Shown here: positions 12,920 through 26,301 of the stretch, piece after piece
How the letters are laid out: each line of letters starts with the position of its first letter
How positions within the stretch are numbered: position 1 is the stretch's first letter
Source of the DNA: Asterias rubens
Taxonomy: Eukaryota
Reading direction: 5' to 3'
Assembly (NCBI RefSeq): GCF_902459465.1
Contig: NC_047069.1
Span: forward strand, 17,112,001 to 17,176,000
DNA: 64,000 nt
Notes under the pieces: model-generated
The model's input: only the letters and a program-made list of their open reading frames with translations
Databases searched by the model: none
Told to the model about the DNA's origin: nothing
Made by a program: the position numbers and the translations under genes

Positions 12920-13260
12920 ACCTAAGACAATTTATCCATTCTGATTGGTCAAGAGGGCATCACGAGGTGTTGTTTGATGCACCTGTGATGATGCACCTGT
13001 GCGTATAAGACAGTTTCTTCATTCCATTATTTTGGTCGAGAGCAACGGCTGAAACAGTTGTGCCACATCACGCGTTACATGCGACGCGCACAGCATCTCC
13101 TTATAAGGAGTTGTTTACCCGAGGACCTAACCATTTTGGTAAAATTATCAAGAACCAGGCCTCGTTGGGGCATCTTTTTACACAAGCTCACAGCTTCAAA
13201 GTGAAATAATTTGTTTAAACGCCACAAGAGTGATTACCAAATGTATACCGTTCCTTTAAA
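12920..13260. mobile_element. Short interspersed non-autonomous element with a TTAA/AGG-type end (Kolobok-like)
   Basis: Ends gtataccgttcct+ttaa; resemblance to such elements is from memory only. Confidence 0.3.
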
Positions 13261-13439
13261 CCACATTCTTTAAAGGGTTGTCACTATAAAGACTATTTTA
13301 GTGTCTACAAGTTTGTTAGTGTTAAAGATTCAAAAGTTTATTAATAGCTTATTATTATTATTATTATTTATTTATGTTTTCCCCTCTTCTTTTATTTTAT
13401 TTTATTTTTTAGAATTTGCAACTTTTGAAAGTTATGCAA

Positions 13440-13740
13440 ATATTATTCTTGCTACATACTAACTAAATAAGGCATATGGATGATGAAAGGATGATGCAGT
13501 TGCAGAGTTGAGATAAAAACTATTACTGTGGAGCCTTCCCCAGAGGTAAGGAAGATAAGGTACGCTGAATATCATCAACTGAGAAGTTAATACTAGACAG
13601 AGCTGGAATGGGAAAATCACATGTGGGTCTTGACAAACGGACATCAGCAGAAAAAACTAAAGCAAAATAAGTATTAAAAGCACAAGCTATTTCATGTGGG
13701 TTGACTAGTGTTTGGGCACCATGTTTAAAAGACAATGGGT
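13440..13740 (-). pseudogene. Non-LTR retrotransposon (CR1/L2-type) ORF2 fragment, linker before the RT
   Basis: IACAFNTYFALVFS...LSSINFSVDDIQRTLSSLPLGKAP matches the A..FN.YF..VF...L..L...KA.G pattern. Confidence 0.6.
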
Positions 13741-15389
13741 AGGTGATCGTTTTCTACTATCTCGATCTTTACAAACATTTACCTGAAAGGAGTACAGATT
13801 GCTGTCCTGGTTAGTCAGTTTAAAATGTCACTACATAAAGTTATGGAGATTGTTTTTGTTTTGTTTGGATACATTGGAATAAATGCAAACAGAACTGGCA
13901 CAAAGAATCTGACTTGTTCATATTTAATTTAACAACAGAATCTCAAAATCATAGTTTTAGTACAAATTTATTGCATATTATTGTTATGCAAATGGTGGTC
14001 AAATGCATATTGTTATGCAAATGGTGATGGTCGAATATACCTTTGTTTGACACTGATAAAAAACAAGTGAGTTTTTATTTTGCGCATCATAATGATTATG
14101 TAAACACCTCTTACTGGACTTTTCATGTAAGCTCAATAATCATTTTGATGTCTAGACTTGCTTTTTTAAGTGTTTCCTTCCACTTAAGTGTTTCCTTTAA
14201 GCCTATCTGTGTTCCTTGTTCAGCGCCTTGTATCCTTTGGCAATTTGGCGCTTTCTAAATACTGTTTTATTATTATTGAGTCGAACGTCAGGCCATTAAC
14301 TATTTTTTGCATTTTTACCATCAGTCCATTTGGTTGGTAATTGTTTGCAACAGCTAATTCTGTTTTCTCCCTTTTATTCTTGTCCCTTTTCCCGTTATTT
14401 TCTGTTTTTAGTCCAGTCTCTTGTCGTCAAAACAAGGCCTGGATCTGGATCGATACTGCATGCAATCAGTACTGTAATACCTAACACAAAAATATAAAGC
14501 AACTGCTGATCGGGATTTGCCTCCGTTTCCTTAATTAGTTTTGTATGGTTACTTGGTTTGATTGTAATTGTATGACTATATTTATTGTACTTGTGAAATG
14601 GAAATGGATTGTGATGGAAGTGAATTTTTTGAGAAGATCGATCGTGATGCCCAACACCACTAAACATATCTAGCGCCCTCATACGGTAGCCTCATCAACA
14701 ATTCACTCATAGGTTGGTATCCAGACGACTTGAGAGTCACTCCTATGCAAATAACCATAATATTTAGAGGCACCCGACTAAATACAATGTTAGGCACGCG
14801 CACATGTGGCATCCTGCAGTTTGCGTTCGTTACGAATTGACGTGATTTGTCGATTGCCTGTGCAGTGTTAGTGTTGGTTTGTACGACACCAAAAGCCATA
14901 ACTTCTAAAATGGCTGCCTCTCTTCACGATAAAGATAGTTGAGTGAGGGGTGACGAACCGGTAACTGGAGTCTGGCCCTGGAACTTGGAAGAAGATTCAC
15001 ACAGTCACACAGAACAGAAGCGGCGACCACCCTTCGTCGTGCCCGCCCTGGAACGGGATGTTTCACACGAATCAGTTGCTTCATTATTTTTCGAGATGTC
15101 CGCGAAGGGGAATTTCCGAAACGGTGATCCAGTGACCACCCAGCAATATATGTAGTTTCTGACTGAATTTTCGTCTGACCAGTGACTAGTTGGGTAAGTC
15201 ATATTTACCAGTTTACACATTCAAGACATTGCTTGACTTGATATGTGTTTTATTATTTGTCTTCTCTTTTGTTTTGTATTGTATTTCCGTTGTTTGTGTA
15301 GTGCCAGTTGAAGCACTGCCCACTGCCGGGAGGACTGTATATACCATGCCCGATATGGGTCATAAACTCAGAGGCATGCTCTGTGTTAG

Positions 15390-17075
15390 TCTAGGTTCCT
15401 AGACTCAGTGTTAACACCCTTTTCAGAAATTTTCACACACAACCAACCCAACACGTCTTTAGATTGTATACTTTTGGTTTTTAGGACGGTATGTTTCATG
15501 TTGTGGAGTATTGGGCTGGTGTGAATTAGGTAAACATTTTTCAATGACAGACTGTCTGCTACAGCTTTCCTGTCAGTACTGCTGGCTGTGGCAGTCATCG
15601 CAATCAATGGCGTATCCATTTGGAGGCGACTCCGCAGTTGTCCAATGTTCCCATATAACTTTCGGAATGCTGCTGTTTTCCCTGCAGATTGGCCCCTGTA
15701 AAATACCAATTAGAAAACGTGCAAGTTACTGATACATTCACCGACAGGAGGATTTTATATTTAGTGGATCGTAGTTTGTAGTAATAATCCAATTGTGCAT
15801 TGTAATATACAATTGAAGAATTCATTTCATTGTTGCAGTCCACCTCACATAAACAATGCAATGTGCAATGTTAAAACTTTGAAACTGAATGTTAACCTTG
15901 TCCTTCGGGCCATTAAATTTGTTCATTGCTAGGCTTGTCCCGAGGCTCTTTACTTTATGCAAGCACCCACTTTGAACTCACTACTTAGCATGAACAACAA
16001 TACTGGCACGGTACCACTGATATACCGTAACCGTGGGTGTTAAAGAATAATTTTTCAACCTCGTTTACGAGCCAAAACAGGCTTAAGCTTCATTGTACCT
16101 GGTTGAAAAACAATATTTCAACCCCATCTCATACTGTGCATATGAAGTCTTGCAGTACTGTGCCAGTATTTTATGCAGTTCGTCGCCCAATGTTTGATTC
16201 ATGCAAATTTGACGACAAATTGAGTTCAAACTTCCACAGACCTATGCATACCTATGTTGAGATAGGCCTACACCAAGTGCGCGAAATGAGAAGACTGGTC
16301 TTTAGTGAGACAATTTTTGGCTTTACAATTACAAACTGACAAGTGTCCAGTACCTATTTTGAACATGTTTAATTTTTTTAATAATAATACTATTGACTTG
16401 AGTATTATTATTTAGTATAGACTATATTTATATTATACTTATACTTTATAGTTAGTAAATAGTAGTAGGGCCCTATTGTCTGTTTATACTATTTAAAGCA
16501 CTGTGTGGTCTATATAATAATGAATGGAATGGTGCTATAAAAGCCAGTGTATGCTTTGGACTTACCATTTAGTAATGGCTTTCGTCAATGAACAAGCCAC
16601 ACACCCTACTGTACACAGATTGAAGTTGCAGCAACTCAGTACCTTTGACACTCAGCACAGCCTCCGGGCTGGCAAACAATACAGAGTATTTTCCCTGACC
16701 AGCACATTCTAAAACCTCATCCGAAATCTCTGCAATTGCAGTGGCAGCTTCCAGACCAATCGCCTGACATGGTTCCAATTGGTTCATGGCTAAGGACTTC
16801 AAGGGGACAACAACTATGGCCAGAGATTTTGGAATGTTCGAATCATCTGGGACAACATTGTTGCCGTTTAGGAAGTCCCAACACATCGGCGCTGCTTGGA
16901 ATACAACACTCTTTCCAAAGCCAGTAGGGAGGCAAATAAATACGTCGTGCCCGCGGAGATAGGCATCAAGAGCTTCAGATTGTTGTTTCTTGAGAGCATT
17001 CAAGCCCAAGCGACTGCAGGCATGTTCTTTAGCTTGAAATATATCGGCCTCACTTAGTTTCACGGACGCCGCCAT
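15390..17075 (-). pseudogene. RecQ-like SF2 helicase, two exons (17075-16566; 15695-~15390), truncated; AcademH-type cargo candidate
   Basis: LPTGFGKS (Walker A), VVPLKSL, FASPE, FIDESH (DExH), AMTATAS. The intron atg|gtaag...ttttacag|g rebuilds KWG..AFRK.Y. A small deletion after DESH creates a stop. Confidence 0.85.
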
Positions 17076-17269
17076 GATGATTGTGATGATATGTGTACAC
17101 GTGCACACTACTACACGTCGTAACACAGCAACGCGTAACCTTTGACTCCATCCAGTTTGAATAGTCACCTTCAACCCGTCACGTGATATGAATATTGCAT
17201 GCATTACGAGTCATTTGCATAGTCTGGCCACGCCTTCAATTTGCAAATGTGCTAGACCTTTTGAGCACC

Positions 17270-17449
17270 GGAAATCAGAGAAACAGAGTGCCCGCTCGCG
17301 TTCGTTCATTACAAGCGTGTACAGTTTTTGCCGTGCATAATCGGAACGTTCGTTGTGTGTGACCACGCAACACCAATGGTCTAGGAACCTGGAAATCAGA
17401 GAAACAGAGCGCCCGCTAGCGTTCGTTCATTACAAGCGTGTACAGTTTT
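17270..17449. repeat. ~59-bp direct repeat pair upstream of the helicase
   Basis: ggaaatcagagaaacagag.gcccgct.gcgttcgttcattacaagcgtgtacagtttt at 17270-17328 and 17391-17449. Confidence 0.85.
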
Positions 17450-17613
17450 ATTGTATTGTAGATACCATGTTAGTGAAATACAAATAAATCCTATCCATGG
17501 CAGCTTCGGAGGAAAACATTAAATCAAAATTTAAAAAAGGTACACATTTTAGTTTTTAATACAACTATAATTTACAATGCAATGTTTCGTGAAGTATCAT
17601 ATAAAATGTAGCA

Positions 17614-18030
17614 TCAATTCTTGATGATCAGATCCCCCTTTTTAAGATCCATTAATAATGGGAAATAATACGTATCTTCTTGGAAATCATCATAGACTAT
17701 AGCATACACTGTGTTGAGAACATTTGCTTTTCTAGCACCCATATCTGTTACTTTTGCACTGAACCATTCTACAGTGCCATCATCCTCTCTCGTCCTGTGT
17801 GTGACACTCTTTCCCACTAGTGTGTGTGGCTCTTCACATAATTGGGGAAGCAATGTCTGTTGTTGCTTTGCTTTTAATTGTTTTCTCTGTGTTGCAGTCA
17901 GCGCGCAGCCCACTGAAAAGTGCTTCCGTTTGTTTTTTACGTATGCACGTTCCGTTGGGCTGTGCATATTTAATGAGCTTGGCGACCCCTTTTTAAAAAC
18001 CTTGTAACTGTCAAAGTTTTCAGTAGAATT
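17614..18030 (-). pseudogene. Terminal exon with a Spindlin/Tudor-like domain
   Basis: LVGKSVTH...WFSAKV....Y.IVYDD...YYFPLLMDLKKGDL.I resembles the Spin/Ssty pattern; a probable acceptor (ttccaaataattc context) lies upstream. Confidence 0.55.
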
Positions 18031-19189
18031 TGGAATTATTTGGAATGCAAATACAAAAATATACAAGATTTTTATCATGAACAAAATAATAGTGGTAGGG
18101 TGTACATTACGTGAGATTTTGTAGCAAAAACATTTGCATTTTCGTGAAAAAAAAATGCACTTGTAAAAAGGCTTCAAACGTTGTCTCATCTATTCACCGT
18201 AGACATGAATTATATACGAATCTAAAGAGTAGACATTTCTTCTTACAAAAATCATGTATTCTGAGCATCAAATACCGTGAAACAGTCAGGAGCAGTCAAA
18301 ATGTTCACCCTAGTTTCTCGGACTGCAACGAACCACGAGTTTCAGCCTGCGGGTCCGATTTCAACAGAGCGCAAGTATGGTTGGTCAACGTACGTACACG
18401 GTCAGCCGTCTGCAGCCAAAAACAGCCAATCACGTGCTGCGATACAGCACACAAGGCAGTTGGGTTAACAGACTGCATAAGCGGGAATCAACACAAAATT
18501 CGACGGCATGGAGCAACCAGACTATTATATTTGCCTCGTACACTTTGCTGTGTGTAAACAAACCGCGACACTTGACTAACTTGAAACGCAATGAAGTGAG
18601 TATGGAAAATGTTTCTAATTATGCTTAAACAGACAATTCGTGACTGATTTTTCATAATGTATGTCTGCTTAATAATGTCTGATCGTTTTAAATAAGATTT
18701 TTGTTTGTAATGACTTTGAGCCAATTTTTTTGAAGAAGGGGTTGTGTAAAAAAAAAAATAAAAAAAATTAGGTATGTGTGTCAATCATTTATACATCAGT
18801 CCAGCACTCAGCAGTAACTATTAATAATAATAAGTCATAATAAACACAGTCAAACTTCTTAAGCGATATAACAACAATTTATTTCAACAATATATATGTT
18901 TGAACTTGTAAACATCATAACAAATATGTAAACAAATTATAGCACCTTATAAAATACTTCATTTAAAAAATAAATGAGAAAAACAACTAAAAATGTATGT
19001 ATGCAAAAAAAAAAAAAAGTACTAGTACATACACTAGGATTTCCTTCATACTGTTTGTTTGATATATCAATCTAAATTGCAAGGTCATAAAATATTGCAT
19101 AGTCGAAATAAATTGCCCTTGTGTTCTAATACAAAAACAAAGACCTGTGTAAATACCCAACTTTAGCATAATAAGAATTAACATTTGGT

Positions 19190-20290
19190 CTTACTTTTTA
19201 TTAAAAAATGGCAGTTTATATAAACAGTTTGGCAGCTTTCGGTATTGACAAAAATACCTGTGTGTATAACTTTTTGGATATATAATATTAATAATAAAAC
19301 AATACAAAGACCCGTTTAAAAACATTAATATAATAATATTAATAATAGTACAATATAAAAAAATTAATTGACAGATGTAGGCAAGGAACTGTCCAAACAA
19401 CTTATACCAGTTCAATATAGCGATGGAATGTAACAGTTCAATCGTATATAAAATGCCCACACTTAGATTAAACACTACAACCAAAACTAAAACAATCACT
19501 ATTTAAAGAAGCTGGACGCTTTACACCTAAACAAAATAGCTGTTGTAAAAAGTAGAAAAGTATTTACAAGTTGTGGATTTACACTCTAAGGTCTGTATGT
19601 ATAACTTGTTGGATATACATAATACATGTTTAATACTAATAGTACACGAAAGTATTGTTTTAGTACAAAGACCCGTTTAAAAACAATACTTTAGCATAAG
19701 AATCAGCATTATTGCAATTGTCTTACTTCTTTTAAAAAAAATTGCAGTTTATATAAATAGTTTTGCAGCTGTTGGTATTGATAACTATACACAAGACCAA
19801 AATGCAAACACATGTACATGTGTAAGTCCTTTGTGTATAACTTGTTGGATATATAATAGTACATGAAAGTATTGTTAAGTACAAAGACCCGTGTAAATAC
19901 ATGTATCATACTTTAGCATGATAAAGAATCAACATTATTACAACTAACTGTCTTACTTCTTTCACATTTACAAAATTTGGCAGTTTATATAAAACAGTTT
20001 GGCAGCTTTCAACATTGATAAAATACACAAACCCAAAATGAAATATTGGATATATAATATAAACTAAAAGTACAATATAAAAATAAATAACATTACAGAT
20101 GTAGGCAAGGAACTGACCTAACAATTTATCAGTTCAACATTGCGGTGGAATGTAGAAGTTCAATCGTATCAAAAATGTCCAAACCAATACTACAACCAAA
20201 ACATTCACTTAAGAAACTGGACATTTTACACATAAATATCTGCTTTAGAAAATAGAAAAACATTACAAGTGGTGGATACTAAAAACGGTG
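19190..20290. repeat. AT-rich degenerate tandem duplications
   Basis: ggcagtttatataaa(a)cagtttggcagctttc at ~19210, ~19743 and ~19979; agatgtaggcaaggaactg at ~19372 and ~20097. Confidence 0.6.
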
Positions 20291-20489
20291 GAGAACGAAA
20301 TGTTGTTCTATAAAGGCAAGTTACTGACCTTAATAAATAAAGTAAAACAATTGTATACATGTAGTTATATTACATAATGTCCTAACCACACAATTTGTTT
20401 GTTCTTTTCAGGAGGCACAATAGGACTTGGCCGAAATGAAGAAAACAAAACCAGCTGCAATATGAAATATATGAACACACAAGAAATCA

Positions 20490-21117
20490 TCACATTGTTT
20501 CTGTGTAATTATCAGTGAGGGATGTGTTGTCATCACACTGTCTCTCTTCTGCATCGTTTTGAATATCATTGACATCCGTACTTAAAAATTCTTCATCATC
20601 TTCAAAACTGCTATCGTCACTTACGACAGAACTATTGTCACTATCGACATCATCACATTCTACATTTATCACACTTTCATTTTCATTGGCATTAGTCACA
20701 GCAAATAACACATTTTGGCATTCCTTACAGGAACACCCTGGCCCACATGAACGGTTAGCCTTTTTACAGGCACATTGGATAAGGCACATACTACTCTCTT
20801 TTTTTTACGGGATTTCTCTGGTGTGTATTCAGGATTGGTTTGTTTTTTTGTAACAGAAATTTTACAAGCCTTACAAATAAAGTCAGTGTCACTCAACTTG
20901 GAGTTTGTTTTGAACCACAGTTTAACCTGCTCATTTCTGAATGACTGCACTTGCATAAATGAAAAACATTCTCTTCCACATCTTGCGCATTTTACCTGCC
21001 CTTGTGGAAGCGGTTTTTCTCTCTGGGCTCTTCGCTTTACCCCTGCAATGGTTGATTGTCTTTGCTGTACTTGAATGACATTGATGAAGGTTTGCCACAT
21101 GGCCAGGCAGCCAGCAC
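20490..21117 (-). pseudogene. Cys-rich fragment: CxxC...CxxC finger, then a tesmin/CXC-like domain and acidic tail
   Basis: KCARCG...FICKACK; CACKKANRSCGPGCSCKECQN; frameshifted. Confidence 0.5.
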
Positions 21118-21558
21118 CTAGAACGGAAAAATAAGTATGTAATGTAATAAATTATCTTCATTTTAAGTAGCTTTGTGCAAGAAATCTTTGTTTACAAGTC
21201 ATACATACAAAAATATGTTGAAATTGTTCTCCTTTTCAAATTTTGTTTAAATAGGTGGCAGTTGGAAATAGTTGGAAAAACATTTAGGCAACAGTGGATT
21301 CAATTTTTTTCAAAATCTAATGCCTTTACCCTTGTACTGATGACATCATGGTTTGTTTATCACGTTCCAGAAGAATGGAACCCCATTCATTGTGTACATG
21401 TATGTTTACGACTGTCAGAAAAGTGCCAGTAAAGTTACAGCACTTAAGGAATGTTACAAAAAAAAAAAAAAACATCATCCGTAAGGGGGCCTATTGAACT
21501 CGTGACAGTACAAAAGCTTATAGTGAATTGTTGGTTAAAAGAATCCATTGTGAAATAC

Positions 21559-22576
21559 CTTTCGATTTTTCTTTTTCCTCTTCTTCCTTGCCTGGGCCAT
21601 CCTCCGCCTCTTCTTCACTCCAGCTTTTTTACGCTGAATGTATGGCGTGGGTTGTTGTGGGGGACGGACACATGATGACGACATCACATGCAGCTTGTGG
21701 TGGTAAACCATCACCTGCATTGGCAGACACATAGGCTGGAAAACTGGAAGGGAGTAGGGGTCAACTGATGGACAGGTGAATTTACACCCAACCTGCTGGA
21801 ATCCATCACTGTCGACTGCAGCACTTCTCTTTTTTCCTGATGGTTGCCTTGGATGTTTTCTCGTTGCGTTCTCTTTGAGTTGTGTTTCCGGTGTTGATGG
21901 AGATGGGGGTCCGGATGAGGGCGAGGATTGGGGTTTCGAAATGGGCTCTTTCTTCCTTTTTTTCTTTCTGACAAGCAGCTGCAGTTCTTTTGGAACGAAC
22001 CGATTGGTAGAGCTTGTACGAGAGCCTGGAATTACTCTGATGAGTAGGGATGTGGTGACGTCAGTGATGACATCCGCCAACCTTCGAATGCCATAATGAT
22101 TCAGATGAAGTCCATCACAAGAGAAAAGTTCTGGAGGAAAGTTCTCTGTTAGATCAATGAATATGCAGCCTACCTTCTTGCAAAGCTTAGCAAGGTGCAT
22201 ATTTAGAATGATGCCCTTCTCGTTGAGGATTTTGAAGTCAGAACGTGGCAAGATGGAATTTATTATGATTTTAGCCGATGGAAACGTTTCCTTTGCCAAT
22301 GAAATCAGCTGCTCAAAGTTCTGGAGGTCTTTGTGGAGAACACTCTCATCCAGATCGTTGGTACCCACATGTAGGACAACAACATGCGGCTTCTGTCCAG
22401 TACCATTGCGATCTGCATGTAACTTTTTCAACAACGAAACCATACGACGTACAGTGCATCCTGGCTTTGTAATAGTATCTGCCAAAAACCAAGGACTTTC
22501 AAGGTGTACGTACCTCGTCAGGGAGTCTCCCAAAATCTTCACGTTGAAGTAGGGGAGGTCATCTTGACTGCTGGGC
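21559..22576 (-). CDS. SGNH/GDSL-hydrolase-domain exon with a basic C-terminal tail
   Basis: Blocks GDSL, KPG, HVGTND and DGLH all intact in an open 1-kb frame; acceptor cacag| at 22577/22576 and donor AAG|gtattt at 21559/21558. Confidence 0.75.
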
Positions 22577-23186
22577 CTGTGATTGTCAACGGATGTAAAA
22601 AAAAAATACAGATGAGAGGGGAAGGGTGGACTAAGTGTTTGCAAACTATTTGGCTAAGCTGCGCATAAAACTATGCAAAGAATCAATCACTCTCATGTAC
22701 AATCTACAATGTAAAAACTATACATGACAATCGATTTAAAATGTCTACAGAAAGAAGGAATGGCCATCATGTTACATGGCCATTGCCTTTGTATACAAAA
22801 CACTTCACACACAAGTAGTATTTAGTTACTTAGTAATTTAAATTAAGTATATTGTTGTTTACATTTGTCAACTCTCAAGGCAAGGGAACAAAATAAGCAC
22901 ATTCCGGTAAGTTCTAAAGAATAAATTGAGTGAATAAAGAACAAGTTCTGTCCGTTCCTGTTTTATGACTATTTTGCAAAACTAAATCGACAGAGAAAAT
23001 ACGAGCTGCCATGATTATGGCCATGACGAACGGAATGTAGTGTACTGGCTTTTGTTCTTGTACTTTGTAGAGTGTCTGCATTATTGTATTGAAATAAAAT
23101 TTAATAATAATAGTATTTACTGAGTATTTATTCATATTATCAGGTTGGAAGAGCAATTTTGTTCACACTTGCTAAAAAAAGTTGGG

Positions 23187-23410
23187 AATTTTATCACGAA
23201 ATTGGTAATGCACGATGCAATACATCTCTTTTTCAGTTTGTTCAAGCCAAGGATTTTATCATGAAATTGGTAATGCATGATGCACTTCTTCTCTTTTTTA
23301 GTTTAATAAAGCCCAGTATTTTACCACAAAATTGTTGATGCACGATGAAATACATCTCTATTGGCAGCCCAAGGCTAGGATTTTATCACGAAATTGGTGA
23401 TGCACGATGT
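23187..23410. repeat. Four copies of a ~64-bp tandem repeat
   Basis: ttttatcacgaaattggtaatgcacgatg at ~23190, 23255, 23318 and 23381. Confidence 0.8.
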
Positions 23411-23869
23411 ATAGTTGCACACGTAAAATTATTGTACGTGACGTCACACACTTCGAGAGTAAATACGCCCGAAATCGAAAAAACGGACATTTTCAAACTT
23501 AAAAAAGAGAACAAATCCCTGATCCCGTAGAAATGAAAATGGTGTGAAACAATCGCAAAACTTGCATTGTCAACAAATACCGACATCGTTTTCGAGCCCG
23601 TTTATCGAAACAGTCAGGAGCACTTAAAATTCTGAGGTACATTTACGAAGGAGCATATTTTGAAGCAAATTTTGAAGGCATAATTTTCCGTTAAAATGTA
23701 TTTAAAAAGATGAAAAAACGGGGTTTTCATAGCGTGTAATGTAATGATTGTACTTACCAATCCATCTTGGCTCAGCGAGTGACCTTAGGGGTTTCCCGTG
23801 ACCCTTTTCAGGGGTAGCGCTCAACTCTCGTCTTTTCTCGCAAATTTCCAAAACGCCCGTGAACGGGTT

Positions 23870-25790
23870 TCACTTGCAAACAAATCTGTTGAATAGTCTC
23901 ATTATATCGTAGGCTGCGCGCTGACTGGTTGCTATTTTTTCATGCAGATTGACTTTACTTTGTTGGACATTTGATTTTGATTTTTCTTGAGTATGATATT
24001 GAAGGTTGGCAACGGTACCTTCTTGAACAGTTTCAGTTGTAATTTCGTTTAGTTCTAACACAGTTTTTAAATTATCTATCAACGTTGCCTCTTGAAAGTC
24101 TACACGTGCCTAGATTTATTAAACAATCTATGGTCTCCTTTGGAGTTAAGAACCTTCTTGTGATACTTGAGTTGTGCAATTAGTGCAGCCTTTCTTTTTT
24201 GTGTACTCAGTGACTCCAATTTTCTTGCTACCTCATCCAACTTCCATACTCCACCAAACTCAACAATGGCATCAGTTGCCGCAACTTTATTAACTATACT
24301 TCTTTGCTCTTGTTTGTCTTTTTTAGACTGTTTTACCCTTAGGGATTCTAAGTGTTGTTGTTTGAGTATATCCTTCCTTATTAGGTACTGTGCTCTTATT
24401 GAGCCGTAGCGATGCCTGGCCTTATCCAACAGAGCACTCTTCTCTACAGGATCCATTTGGTCCAGCCACTCACTTGGTTTATTGTTAAGCCATAGAATGT
24501 AAATTTCATATGCATGGGACGATGCAGCTGGCTTCAGTCTGACTAATATATCTAAAATGGCGAAATCCCGCTCTGACACTGTGTTGGTGGTTGGTACATT
24601 CTTGGCAGATTCTTGCTGAGTTGGGGTTGGGTTAAAGTACTTTCCACCCTCGAGCTGGTCTTTCGCTTGTCGCTCAAGAATTAAAACAATCCCTGTCAGT
24701 ACCATTTCTAGTGCAACTTGGGTGTAAGTTTGGAAGTCGGCATCTTGCTGGTCTGCAAAGAGTTCATTATACATTGCGTCTTTATGGATATCCATATAAC
24801 GAAATAGCGGTTCTTGTTCTAAAAGTGGCGTAGCATCTACTGACCATTTTTTTTTTAGAGTTTCTAACATGTGTGAAAGTGGCCCATTCAAATCCAAGAT
24901 GCTGGCGGTGCCTTCTACCAAGCGCCAGAATGGTCCTGTGACCACCTTATCCACCATCCCGAGAGCGCGTATGTGGGACAAGTAAATCTTCTGCTGAATA
25001 TCGTAAAGAACTGCTTTCAATAGATTGTTGGGGTCTGGCAGGGAAGAGATAAAATCAAAAATGTGGTGCCTATGAAAATATGTGGCAGCTGCATCTTAAA
25101 AAAGAATGTTAAAGCGGTTGGCTCTGTATGACACAAGATAATTGTTAATTGATAACTCTTCAAGATATCTCAGCCAATGAGATGAAACTCCGGACATGTC
25201 ACAACCACGCTCAGTCAATGCCTTTGCAGTTGTGCGGATGAGTCTTGCAGCGCCACTCTCTGACCCAAATGCGAAGGGGTTTTTGCCTGCTGCGATTATG
25301 TCTGCTTCGTTGATTTTGAGCACTTTGTCAGACTCGGTGGCGAAATTGACCAACAAATGCATCTTGCAAAAATAATTGCCCATATCGGCAATTGCTTCCT
25401 GAGACTTGGTGTCCAATGACTCCCATTTATCAACAACCTTGGGAAGCAGCTGTTCCCGGAACTCTTTAACCTGCGAGTTAAATTGTTGGTTAGTGGGCCC
25501 TTGATCACCCATTGTGTTTTTTAGGGAGGTGACAAGATTTGCAATGCTTTGGGCTTTATCACTATTTGTACCAGTAACAGCTTCTGCAATGTCACCGATT
25601 ACGGATTTGAAGGCCTCCATGTATGTGTTGGCGTCACCAGAACCAACTTCAACCATCCCTATCGTCATTTGTTTTCCATCTCTCAGGGTTGTCTGGAAGC
25701 CCTGATAATGATGGTGGAACTTTGTGGTGGCATCCGAATGCAGGGTATTTCCGGTTAAGTTGGACGGATCACCCCCCCCCTCCTCCAAGC
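23870..25790 (-). pseudogene. hAT-like (CxxH) DDE transposase, interrupted by an in-frame stop at 25096-25098
   Basis: TLHSDATTK (D), NTMGDQGPTN (D), FCKMH (CxxH), NRFNILF, PTTNTVSERDF (hAT-dimerisation-like E). The frame continues through the stop as DAAATYFHRHH...PDPNNLLKAV. Confidence 0.7.
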
Positions 25791-26301
25791 ACTGGTATAT
25801 TTCTCAGGGCTATGGTATCGGCATTTCTATACGTTTGTGTACATGATCGCAAAGCTGAGAGTTCAAGCTTTCCGTTCGTATAAAAAATTTCGCAATTGAA
25901 TAATGTTTTATTTCTTTTTCAACGAGTTGAAAACATGATATTTTATGCTAGATGAGGTGGTCTGTGTGCGTGCGTGTCTTCACTTTGCAGTGGAGAGCTG
26001 AAAACCCTATATACAAGAGACAATTATCATAAATCTATTTAACTACAATTGTTATTGGAAACACAATCCATCATGTTTTTTTAATTTCTTTTTGAACATG
26101 GTCACCTGAAAACAAGTATAGGCCTCCTATACGTTCAAATTTAAACACAATTTCTGTTGAATGGCTTTTCAGAAGGAAATTTTTCTCAATTAGTTTTTAA
26201 ACAACACATTCATTTAAGCAGCTATTTCAAAGTGTTCTAATCAACATTAGGTCCAGCATTTTTGTTTTTACCAACCAACCTGTACACAGGGCCACTCTGT
26301 C

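Noticed and set aside
14910-15400. Plus-strand exon(s) converging on the helicase (possible Academ partner)
   Set aside because: A donor-like gtaagt is present but there are internal stops and no diagnostic motif.
18279-23622. Shared 16-mer gaaacagtcaggagca (18279 and 23607) as paired element ends
   Set aside because: Same orientation and no flanking TIR/TSD; probably subterminal motifs of separate decayed elements.
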